A stretch of 15,526 bases of DNA. Origin: Candidatus Iainarchaeum sp. GTDB taxonomy: Archaea > Iainarchaeota > Iainarchaeia > Iainarchaeales > GCA-2688035. Of this stretch, positions 6,052 through 12,767 are shown piece after piece. The DNA lies in the NCBI GenBank assembly GCA_028713935.1, contig JAQTNI010000033.1, positions 1-15,526 of the forward strand, in the 5' to 3' direction. Numbering within the stretch: the first letter of the stretch is position 1; each line of letters starts with the position of its first letter. Made by a program: the position numbers and the translations under genes. A model generated the notes under the pieces. It worked only from the letters and a program-made list of their open reading frames with translations, ran no database searches and was not told where the DNA came from.

Positions 6052-6065
6052 TCTGGCATGCCAGA
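6052..6065. promoter_or_regulatory. Operator-like palindrome copy 2, TCTGGCATGCCAGA (14-bp perfect palindrome)
   Basis: Perfect dyad at 6052-6065, just upstream of the TATA box. It also lies immediately 3' of the stop codon (6067-6069) of the minus-strand gene 6067..6582, so a terminator-hairpin role is an alternative. Confidence 0.5.
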
Positions 6066-6066
6066 A

Positions 6067-6582
6067 TTAAGGCTTCTTTGTTCTTTTCTTTGCCAATTTT
6101 AAAATCTGCGCAAGAAGCTGGCGGTTTGTTGGTTCTGTTTGGGAAGCATTCACTTCAGTGTAATTCTCTGGGAGTATAAAAATTGGCGGTTTGTTTGGGG
6201 AGTTACTTCGGTTATCTTCAATTATCCTCGCAATATCTTGCCCTGTCGTAACAATGAAATGTGGCCTGTTAAAGTTTGGGTGTTGCCAGACTCCAGTGGT
6301 ATTGATCAAAAGGGTGACTGGGAGCTTTCTTGTTTTGGCGTATTGTGAAAAAATCTCTCGTGCAATGACTGATGTTAGCGCACCCACTGCACAAACAAAC
6401 CATATTCGCAGGCTGGGGGCGTTTGGCTTGGCGGAAGGTATTGTTAATGTCTCCGATATACGAGGACACAAATTTTCTTCGGGTCGCATTCGTAATCGTT
6501 CAATACGTTTTGCTTTTTTTGTTGGAGTGCCTCTTGCACGGTACTTTTGCAGCAATGCCCTATATTCTCGATTAAAAACCAT
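6067..6582 (-). CDS. Hypothetical protein with PTS EIIB-like Cys-loop domain and a basic N-terminal extension
   Basis: RIWFVCAVGALTSVIAREIF fits the C-x2-G-x2-T-S phosphocysteine loop of PTS_IIB-type domains. HFIVTTGQ resembles the later strand of that fold. ATG at 6582. Arg codon usage differs from neighbours (see findings). Confidence 0.45.
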   Translation of the reverse strand: MVFNREYRALLQKYRARGTPTKKAKRIERLRMRPEENLCPRISETLTIPSAKPNAPSLRIWFVCAVGALTSVIAREIFSQYAKTRKLPVTLLINTTGVWQHPNFNRPHFIVTTGQDIARIIEDNRSNSPNKPPIFILPENYTEVNASQTEPTNRQLLAQILKLAKKRTKKP

Positions 6583-6675
6583 TCTATTATTTGTGTGTTC
6601 TTTCTATTATTAAAATTTTGTTTTTTTGCAAAATTGTTTTTTTAACCCTTTTGTGTTTTCATTTAACCAGTTGTT

Positions 6676-7632
6676 ATGGCTGAAAAGGTTTTCACTGCTG
6701 ATTTGCATACTCATTTGCTTGAGAAAAAAGTCAGGCCAAGGGATTTCTGGGCAAATGTAATTGCAAGAAAAATTGATGTTGTGGCAATTACTGAGCATGC
6801 AGAGTTCAACCCTGAAAAAGCGTTTGAGGCACTGCTTGAAACAAAGCCGAAAAATGTCCTGCTTATTCCCGGCATTGAAATGAATTCCAGCATTGGTCAT
6901 GTCCTTGTCTTTGCGCCTGATGAAAAGGTTTTTGGCTTTCCGGAACTGCTTGAAAAAAGAGTTAAAATTGAAAAAATTGTTTCAATTGCAAAGAAAAATG
7001 GCTTTCTTGTCAGCATTGCCCATCCCTGGGGCTTTAGTTATGACAGCGCTGCCTTTATTGCAGGGGAAAAACGCCTTGAAAAAATTGTTTTGGAAAACAG
7101 GATTGGAGTTGAGGCTTTTAACGGAATGGTTGGGCAGGTTGGAAATTTTGTTTATAACACAAATTGGGTGAAAAGGCCGCTTAATTTTTTTGAAAAGCTT
7201 GAGAACAACAAAGTGGCAAAAAAAATACGGCTGAGTAAGATAGGGGCAAAGGCAAGGAAAAAAATTGATGAAAAAAGCAGGGAAGTGATTGAAAGGACAG
7301 CAAAGCCGATAATCCTGGGAAACAAGGCTGCTTTCATGACTGCCGGAAGCGATGCGCATTATGCAACAAGAATAGGCGCAGGCATAATGAAAATGCGCCT
7401 GGAAGAAGGAATCGGCAATGAGGATTTTCTTGGGGCATTGTCAAAAAAGACTGGCATTGAATGGATAGGCCCCCTTACAAAAGAAAGAAACGGAATTATG
7501 GAATTTGCAAAGTTGCCGAAAAAAAGAATTGAGGCTTTGCAGGCATTGAAGTATGCAACAAAAACCTGGATAATGAAAAAAACAAGGTTAAAGGAAAGGC
7601 TGTTTGGAAAAAAAGTTGCGCGCAAGAAATAA
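6676..7632 (+). CDS. PHP-domain metal-dependent phosphoesterase
   Basis: The ordered PHP motifs are present: ADLHTHL, AITEHA, PGIEMNSSIGHVLVF, SIAHPWG and TAGSDAHY. A Lys-rich insert lies between the last two motifs. Confidence 0.8.
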   Translation: MAEKVFTADLHTHLLEKKVRPRDFWANVIARKIDVVAITEHAEFNPEKAFEALLETKPKNVLLIPGIEMNSSIGHVLVFAPDEKVFGFPELLEKRVKIEKIVSIAKKNGFLVSIAHPWGFSYDSAAFIAGEKRLEKIVLENRIGVEAFNGMVGQVGNFVYNTNWVKRPLNFFEKLENNKVAKKIRLSKIGAKARKKIDEKSREVIERTAKPIILGNKAAFMTAGSDAHYATRIGAGIMKMRLEEGIGNEDFLGALSKKTGIEWIGPLTKERNGIMEFAKLPKKRIEALQALKYATKTWIMKKTRLKERLFGKKVARKK

Positions 7633-7667
7633 TAATTCTTCTGTCCTAATTTTTGTGTGTTTTGAGC

Positions 7668-8078
7668 ATGAAGTATTCTGTTTATCCTTTTACCAGCGCC
7701 AGGAACATTCCTGCCGATTCTGAAGCTATTCATCTTGTCAGGCCAGTGAAAAAAGAATTGCTTGAAAAAATCCTGAAAAAGTGCGGTTCATTGAAAAGGA
7801 TTTCTTTGAGCAGTTCCTGCTTAAAGAGGATTCCGAAAAAAACCAGGAAAATTTTTTCTGAAAAGAGAATTGAGCTGCGCATTGAGGAAAGCAGGGGAAG
7901 GGCAATTGAGATTCCTTTTGAAAAAATGCTTCATCTTATTGAATTGAGAAAGGATTTCCAGAGCCTGCGCGGTATTGAGGAAACAACTGGCATTCCTAAA
8001 AGCACTGTGCATTACCTTGAAAAGTATGCCAAGCGCGCAAAAGTGAAGAAGGGCTCTGAGGTTATTCATCTCAAGTGA
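7668..8078 (+). CDS. Small HTH-containing protein (resolvase-type HTH at C-terminus), family unknown
   Basis: LRGIEETTGIPKSTVHYLEKYAKR is an HTH-like segment. I take the ATG at 7668 (MKYSVYPF...) rather than the track's upstream non-ATG start at 7653. Confidence 0.45.
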   Translation: MKYSVYPFTSARNIPADSEAIHLVRPVKKELLEKILKKCGSLKRISLSSSCLKRIPKKTRKIFSEKRIELRIEESRGRAIEIPFEKMLHLIELRKDFQSLRGIEETTGIPKSTVHYLEKYAKRAKVKKGSEVIHLK

Positions 8079-8224
8079 AGCTCTTTGCGCTTCACTGGCT
8101 TTGAAGCTGGCTGTTCAAGGCGGTAATGGCAGTTTGGGCATTCAAGCGTGAAAAAAACTCTTTCTCCCTGCAGGCCTGCAAGGTCTTCTTTTCGCATAAG
8201 GGTTCCGCATTTTGGGCAGTTCAT
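8066..8224 (-). CDS. Zinc-ribbon miniprotein (52 aa)
   Basis: MNCPKCGTLMRKED...LECPNCHYRLEQ has two CxxC pairs. The track's start at 8317 would overlap the HAD gene start. The ATG at 8224 removes that overlap, but no clear SD precedes it. Confidence 0.45.
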   Translation of the reverse strand: MNCPKCGTLMRKEDLAGLQGERVFFTLECPNCHYRLEQPASKPVKRKELHLR

Positions 8225-8285
8225 AATAATTATTGCCGCAGAAATTGATTTAAAAAGAACCAGGATTAATCTATTGGATGTTTTT

Positions 8286-8960
8286 ATGATTAAGGCAATT
8301 GTTTTTGATTTGGACAATACTCTTGCCGATTTTATCAGGACAAAAGAGCTTTGCTGCAGTGCGGCTGTCAGCGCAATGGTTGAAGCCGGCCTGCCTTTAA
8401 GCGAAAAAATTGCACTGAAAAAATTAATGGCTCTTTACTGGAAACAGGGCATTGAAAGCCAGGATATTTTCCAAAAATTTTTGGAAAAAGAATTGAAAAA
8501 AATCGATTACAAGATTCTGGCAAGCGCAATTGCGGCTTATCGCAGGACAAAAGCGGGAAATTTAATGCCTTATCCCGCTGTCAGGCAGACTCTTTTGAGA
8601 ATCAGGGAAAAAGGCCTGAAAACAGGCATTGTAAGCGATGCCCCAAAAATGCAGGCATGGCTGCGCTTAGCTGAAATGGGGCTTGCGGATTTTTTTGATG
8701 CAGTTGTTGCCTTTGAGGATACTGCGGAAAAAAAGCCTTCTGAAAAGCCTTTTCTGGCAATAACAAAAAAGCTCGGCGTGAACCCCGATGAAGTTGTTTT
8801 TGTAGGCGACGACATTCAAAAAGACATTGCGGGTGCAAAAAAAGTCGGGATGAAAACCTGCCTTGCAAAATATGGTGTTTCAAAATACACCAAAACAAAA
8901 AAAAGCATAAAAGCGGATTTTGAAATAAATAATTTCAGTGAATTGCTTGAAAAAATCTGA
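8286..8960 (+). CDS. HAD-superfamily hydrolase, canonical (subfamily IA-like)
   Basis: MIKAIVFDLDNTLADF is the DxDxT motif I. GIVSDAP is motif II. FVGDDIQKDIAGA is motif IV. The true ATG is at 8286; the track's 8148-8285 extension is antisense to the zinc-ribbon gene. Confidence 0.85.
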   Translation: MIKAIVFDLDNTLADFIRTKELCCSAAVSAMVEAGLPLSEKIALKKLMALYWKQGIESQDIFQKFLEKELKKIDYKILASAIAAYRRTKAGNLMPYPAVRQTLLRIREKGLKTGIVSDAPKMQAWLRLAEMGLADFFDAVVAFEDTAEKKPSEKPFLAITKKLGVNPDEVVFVGDDIQKDIAGAKKVGMKTCLAKYGVSKYTKTKKSIKADFEINNFSELLEKI

Positions 8961-8975
8961 TTTGGAGATTAATGC

Positions 8976-9725
8976 ATGAAGAAAGCACAAACAATTTCAA
9001 TCTATAAAATGCCCCCAGAAATATACAATATATACATGAGCACAAAAATTGAAGCAAGAAACTTTCAAGAAGTTTATAACCAAATAAAAAAAACACTTGA
9101 CAAGAAAAACACGATAAAAATCCTGGATTTGTGCTGCGGCACAGGCATTTTTTTTAGAAACTGGCTTTCACAAAAGCGCAACATATGTTACATTGGTGTT
9201 GACATTAACAAAGATTTTCTTGCGTTTGCAAGGAAAAAAATTACCAGCAGTCGCGTTGCATTCATTGAAAGTGATGCCTCCAAGGCAAAACTGGGAAAAA
9301 AATTTGACATTGTTCTGGCAACCTCTGCATACCACCACATCGAAGATTCTGGCAAAGGCAAATTCTTGGAAAATGCAAAAAGGCACCTCGATGAAAATGG
9401 AATTCTTGTTATTTATGAAAAGTTGATTGCAGAGTTTAACAGCAAAATAGAAGCTGCAAAAGCTGGAACAAATTTTTATGCCGAGAGAATTCTAGACATG
9501 ATGGGCGAAGAAAAATTAAACCAAATGCAATTGTTTGCGCTTTACAATGAACTTTATCTTACAGCAGTAAGAAAAGAAGAATACAAAGTGCCTTACAACC
9601 GAATAATTTCTGATTTGCAAAAAACCGGCTTCAATGTTTTGAAAGAAATCAAATTATGGCCAAAAAACAACAAGTTTGTTGACCCCAAAGTAGGAGATTT
9701 TGTTTTTGTGTGCAAAAAAGCATAA
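8976..9725 (+). CDS. Class I SAM-dependent methyltransferase
   Basis: KILDLCCGTGIFF is the glycine-rich SAM-binding motif I. IGVDIN and FIESDA fit motifs II and III. GGAG (8964-8967) lies 8 nt upstream of the ATG. Confidence 0.8.
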   Translation: MKKAQTISIYKMPPEIYNIYMSTKIEARNFQEVYNQIKKTLDKKNTIKILDLCCGTGIFFRNWLSQKRNICYIGVDINKDFLAFARKKITSSRVAFIESDASKAKLGKKFDIVLATSAYHHIEDSGKGKFLENAKRHLDENGILVIYEKLIAEFNSKIEAAKAGTNFYAERILDMMGEEKLNQMQLFALYNELYLTAVRKEEYKVPYNRIISDLQKTGFNVLKEIKLWPKNNKFVDPKVGDFVFVCKKA

Positions 9726-9747
9726 AAATCTGATTCAGAATTTTTTT
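9724..9747. terminator. Bidirectional terminator-like element between convergent methyltransferase and DHH genes
   Basis: AAAAATCTGATTCAGAATTTTTTT. TCTGA (9729-9733) pairs with TCAGA (9735-9739). An A-run lies on the left and a T7 run (9741-9747) on the right, giving an oligo-T tract after the stop codon on both strands. Confidence 0.4.
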
Positions 9748-10736
9748 AATTGCAAATCAGGGTTTTTTGTTTTCAGGAATTCAAATGCCAAATCAATGCA
9801 TTTTTGCAATGGCTCTTCAATTGTTTCTGATTCTCCTGTGAAAGCAGCCGCTCCTGCATGGCCTCCGCCATTGCCATTGAAAAAAGCCCCGAGTTTTTGG
9901 AAAATGTCTTTTGCAAGGTCTATTTTTGCTGTTTGCAGCGCAAAATGGCTTGCCCTGCCGGAAATTTTCAGGATTCCTTTTTCCGAGTTTCCAACAAAAG
10001 CAATGTCCGCCCCATTTCTCACAATTGCCATTGCGGATTCTGCTTCAAATGCGCCGACTTCAGATGCCGCAAGAACAAAGCTGCCTGCTTCAAAAATCCG
10101 GACTCTCTGGGCAGCTTTTAACAATGCAATTTTTTTGCCTGTGTCAAGCGGGTTTTTGTATAAAAGAAAAATTTCGTGAATGTTTTTTCCTGATTTTTCA
10201 AGGAGTTCAGCCATTATAAAAAAAGTTTTTTTTCCGGCTGTTTGAAAATGCGCAGAGTCCTCTATTATGCCGCAGGCAAGCGCTGCCGCAGCTTTTTTGC
10301 CTATTTCAAGCCTGCTTTTTTTGAGCCATTCAAAAACCATTTCAGAGGCAGCCGCATAGGACTCATCCACAAAAGAATTTTTTTTGGATGCAAGGTTTTC
10401 GCCTGTTTTTGCGTGATGGTCAAGCAAAAAAATTTTTCCTGAAAATTTTTCCACCTGGGCTGCCATTGGCCCGAGCATTTCTTTTGAATTGAAATCAAGC
10501 AGAATAAGAATGTCAAAATTTTTTGTGTCCGGGTTTATTTGATAACGAAGCCCCAGGCTTTTTGCAAGTGCATTTGCGCTTATGGAAGCGTGGTCTGGCA
10601 CTCCTATTGAAACAGAATTGTTTTTTTTAAGCGCAAAAAAAAGCGCTGCGCTTGAGGCCATTGCGTCAATGTCTGCCCTTGAATGGCAGACAAGAAGAAT
10701 ATGCTTTTTTTTGAACAAGGACAGGCTGGGAAGCAA
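9735..10736 (-). CDS. DHH/DHHA1 phosphoesterase (NrnA-like nanoRNase / pAp phosphatase family)
   Basis: VCHSRADIDAMAS is DHH motif I. LLDHHA is the DHH motif. GGGHAGAAAF is the DHHA1 GGGH motif. TTG start at 10736 is preceded by GGTG (complement of 10741-10744) and lies 12 nt after the pfdB stop. Confidence 0.85.
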   Translation of the reverse strand: MLPSLSLFKKKHILLVCHSRADIDAMASSAALFFALKKNNSVSIGVPDHASISANALAKSLGLRYQINPDTKNFDILILLDFNSKEMLGPMAAQVEKFSGKIFLLDHHAKTGENLASKKNSFVDESYAAASEMVFEWLKKSRLEIGKKAAAALACGIIEDSAHFQTAGKKTFFIMAELLEKSGKNIHEIFLLYKNPLDTGKKIALLKAAQRVRIFEAGSFVLAASEVGAFEAESAMAIVRNGADIAFVGNSEKGILKISGRASHFALQTAKIDLAKDIFQKLGAFFNGNGGGHAGAAAFTGESETIEEPLQKCIDLAFEFLKTKNPDLQLKKF

Positions 10737-10748
10737 CGAGCACCACTT

Positions 10749-11135
10749 TTATTTTTTCCTTGGTTTTTCGCTTTCTTCTTTTGCCTTTTCTTCTGTGCCT
10801 GCGGAAAAGCCTTTTTGTGCTGATTCTATTTCCGATTTGAGCTTGTTAAGCCTGTTAATAAGGGAATCTTCCTGTTTCTGAAGTGTTTTGATTCTCAGTT
10901 CAATTGATTCTTTTTTTTCCTGCAGTTCTTTTTTTGCTTCGGCTGTTTCGGCCTGCACCAAAATGTTTCCAACTGCCTTGTAAACTTTTTTTTCCTTTGT
11001 CTTGGCAAGCTCTTCAACAGAATTTGCAAGCGCTGTTTGCTGCATCTGGAGCTGCTGTTTTTGTGCGGAAACATTCATCAATTGGTTCCTGTTGCGCTCA
11101 AATTCCATTGCTTTTGCCTGAATTTCGTCTGCCAT
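10749..11135 (-). CDS. pfdB: Prefoldin beta subunit
   Basis: Coiled-coil, beta-hairpin, coiled-coil layout with KKVYKAVGNILVQAE at the centre. Position after pcc1 matches the conserved superoperon. ATG directly abuts the pcc1 TAA (TAAATG) and is preceded by GGAGGT. Confidence 0.8.
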   Translation of the reverse strand: MADEIQAKAMEFERNRNQLMNVSAQKQQLQMQQTALANSVEELAKTKEKKVYKAVGNILVQAETAEAKKELQEKKESIELRIKTLQKQEDSLINRLNKLKSEIESAQKGFSAGTEEKAKEESEKPRKK

Positions 11136-11387
11136 TTATTCTACCTCCAAAATTTCTTCAGCAAGAATAATTGATTTTAAGCAAGAATTCAAAGAGGCCT
11201 TCAATGCTGTTTTGTCAAGCGCCTCAATATCAATTAAAATCAAAGAATTTTTAATTTTAACAATTGTTTCGGAACGAATGTTCCTGTAAGGGGTTATTTC
11301 AGGCATTATGGAAGCGCCTATTGAATGCGCTTTTTCTTTATTCCCAAAATCAAGCCTGAGGCGAAATTCAAATTTTGCATTCTGCAA
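11136..11387 (-). CDS. pcc1: KEOPS complex subunit Pcc1 (CTAG/Pcc1 family)
   Basis: LILIDIEALDKTALKASLNSCLKSIILAEEI matches the Pcc1 C-terminal helix signature. The track's start at 11465 would overlap rpoP in another frame. TTG at 11387 (MQNAKFEFRLRLDF...) gives an 83-aa protein beginning 5 nt after the rpoP stop. The exact start is uncertain. Confidence 0.65.
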   Translation of the reverse strand: MQNAKFEFRLRLDFGNKEKAHSIGASIMPEITPYRNIRSETIVKIKNSLILIDIEALDKTALKASLNSCLKSIILAEEILEVE

Positions 11388-11392
11388 AGCGC

Positions 11393-11524
11393 TTACCTTG
11401 CCTTGATTGTTTTTGCCACTGCCGGCCTTGTCTTGTACAAAATTTTGTATGCGCAAGCAGGGCACCTTACCAGGCCTTCGGGAAGCTTGTTGAATGTTTC
11501 ACCGCATTTTCCGCATCTATACAC
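11393..11524 (-). CDS. rpoP: DNA-directed RNA polymerase subunit P (Rpo12/RpoP), 43 aa, absent from the ORF track
   Basis: Hand translation of the minus strand gives (M)[42 protein letters not shown], with TAA at 11393-11395. It has the CxxC...CxxC zinc ribbon followed by ILYK.R typical of RpoP/Rpb12. GTG start at 11524 has AAGG about 10 nt upstream. An alternative TTG start is at 11533. Confidence 0.8.
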   Translation of the reverse strand: MYRCGKCGETFNKLPEGLVRCPACAYKILYKTRPAVAKTIKAR

Positions 11525-11549
11525 AAAAACCAACCTTGTTTAAAATTTC

Positions 11550-11966
11550 TTAATCGTCCTTAATTTCGCCGGGATTTTTTTCCGTTTTTTCTTTTGCATG
11601 CTTTTTTTCTTTTTTGCCATGCTTAGGGCGCGCTTCGGAATCCGCATTTGCTTCTGCCTGCACAGGGGCTTTTTCTTTTGCTTCAATTAAATTGCGCAGG
11701 TTTGGCAAAAAAACTTTTTGGGAAACCATTTTTTTTACTATGGTTCCGGACATTGTTTCCGGAACATACGCTCCGCCTGCAAACTCGTAACCGCATTTTT
11801 TGCAGTAAAAAATTCCCGGAGCTTTCCTTTTCACTTTTGGAGCTCCGCACTCTGGGCAATTGTGAGGGGCAAACTGTTCCGACTCAATTTTCAGAAGCCT
11901 TTTTCTTATGCCCACACCATATCTTGAGCCGAGCCTTCCTGTGCGTTTTACTTTTTTTGTTGCCAT
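11550..11966 (-). CDS. rpl37ae: Ribosomal protein L37Ae (eL43) with long charged C-terminal extension
   Basis: GSRYGVGIRKRLLKIE...CPECGAPKVKRKAPGIFYCKKCGYEFAGGAY is the eL43 zinc-ribbon core. Residues from about 90 to 138 are a Lys/Glu/Ala-rich tail. Confidence 0.9.
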   Translation of the reverse strand: MATKKVKRTGRLGSRYGVGIRKRLLKIESEQFAPHNCPECGAPKVKRKAPGIFYCKKCGYEFAGGAYVPETMSGTIVKKMVSQKVFLPNLRNLIEAKEKAPVQAEANADSEARPKHGKKEKKHAKEKTEKNPGEIKDD

Positions 11967-11980
11967 GGATTTATCACTGG

Positions 11981-12766
11981 TTACAATTGTTTCCTGATTT
12001 CTTTTGCCTTTGCAAAAGACAAATCAATGCATTCGTCAATTTCTTTTGGCGAAAAGCTTCCTGAACCGCCTTTCTGGTATGCAGCCATATAACCGTCTTC
12101 TGTTGTTGCAACGGAAAACCTTGCTTCCATTGCTTTTTCCTCTGCAAAACAGGCATCATTCACAAGATGGCCAGCAATTTTTGTAGTTGTGCAAAGCAAA
12201 GGTTTTCTTGCTAAATGCAGTTTTCCGGAATACTCGCCTTTCACTATCTTGTATTCGTCCCCAAGCTTTGGTATTTTTGTTTCAAGCAGGGCAGAAAGCG
12301 CTGCAATTGAACAGGCATCAAAAAGATTGCCGTCATCGTTCATTGTGTACATGTCAATGAAAACAACCCAGACTTTTTCGCCTTCTTTTATGCACAATTT
12401 TTCAAAATCAAGGCACTTGCTTTCCCTTATTCCCCTGTCAACAACTCTTGCAAGCTCTGTTTCATTCTCTCTCGGAGGGCCTGGCTCGAACAAAGGGCTT
12501 GCCAGAGGCAAAAATTCAACTCCGACACTGATAGAACCCTCTTTTGGAGTGTCAGGAAATGGATCTCCTGGAACCATTTTTATTCCCGCAATTACGTCTG
12601 TTTCGCCAAGCAGGACTCTTGCGCTGCCATTGGCATTTTCACTAATGTTTTTTGTAATTTTCAGTTTCCTGTATTCGTCAAATTTCCTGTTGTCAAGCCT
12701 TTTTCCCAGCTTGATTGCTTCAATTACCTTGTCAGCCCGCAAATCCAAAACAATATCGCTTGCCAT
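11981..12766 (-). CDS. rrp42: Exosome complex subunit Rrp42 (RNase PH-like, non-catalytic)
   Basis: GKRLDNRKFDEYRKLKI...ANGSARVLLGETDVIAGIK is the RNase PH domain pattern. Gene order is rrp41 then rrp42. I prefer the ATG at 12766, 1 nt after the rrp41 TAG and preceded by GAGGGTGA, over the track's GTG at 12775. Confidence 0.9.
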   Translation of the reverse strand: MASDIVLDLRADKVIEAIKLGKRLDNRKFDEYRKLKITKNISENANGSARVLLGETDVIAGIKMVPGDPFPDTPKEGSISVGVEFLPLASPLFEPGPPRENETELARVVDRGIRESKCLDFEKLCIKEGEKVWVVFIDMYTMNDDGNLFDACSIAALSALLETKIPKLGDEYKIVKGEYSGKLHLARKPLLCTTTKIAGHLVNDACFAEEKAMEARFSVATTEDGYMAAYQKGGSGSFSPKEIDECIDLSFAKAKEIRKQL

Positions 12767-12767
12767 C

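Noticed and set aside
8148-8285. N-terminal extensions proposed by the ORF track (HAD 8148-8285, zinc ribbon 8225-8317, SBDS 14878-14928, KaiC-like 4394-4411, pcc1 11388-11465, HTH 7653-7667)
   Set aside because: The track takes the first ATG/GTG/TTG after a stop. In each case a downstream start has a better SD or removes a gene overlap, and the conserved domain begins right after it.
9700-10881. Plus-strand ORFs over the DHH and pfdB genes (9700..10179, 9858..10121, 9911..10219, 10242..10442, 10582..10881) and the minus-strand ORF 10301..10516
   Set aside because: They are antisense or out of frame relative to a gene with clear DHH, DHHA1 and prefoldin motifs. They have no recognisable motifs of their own.
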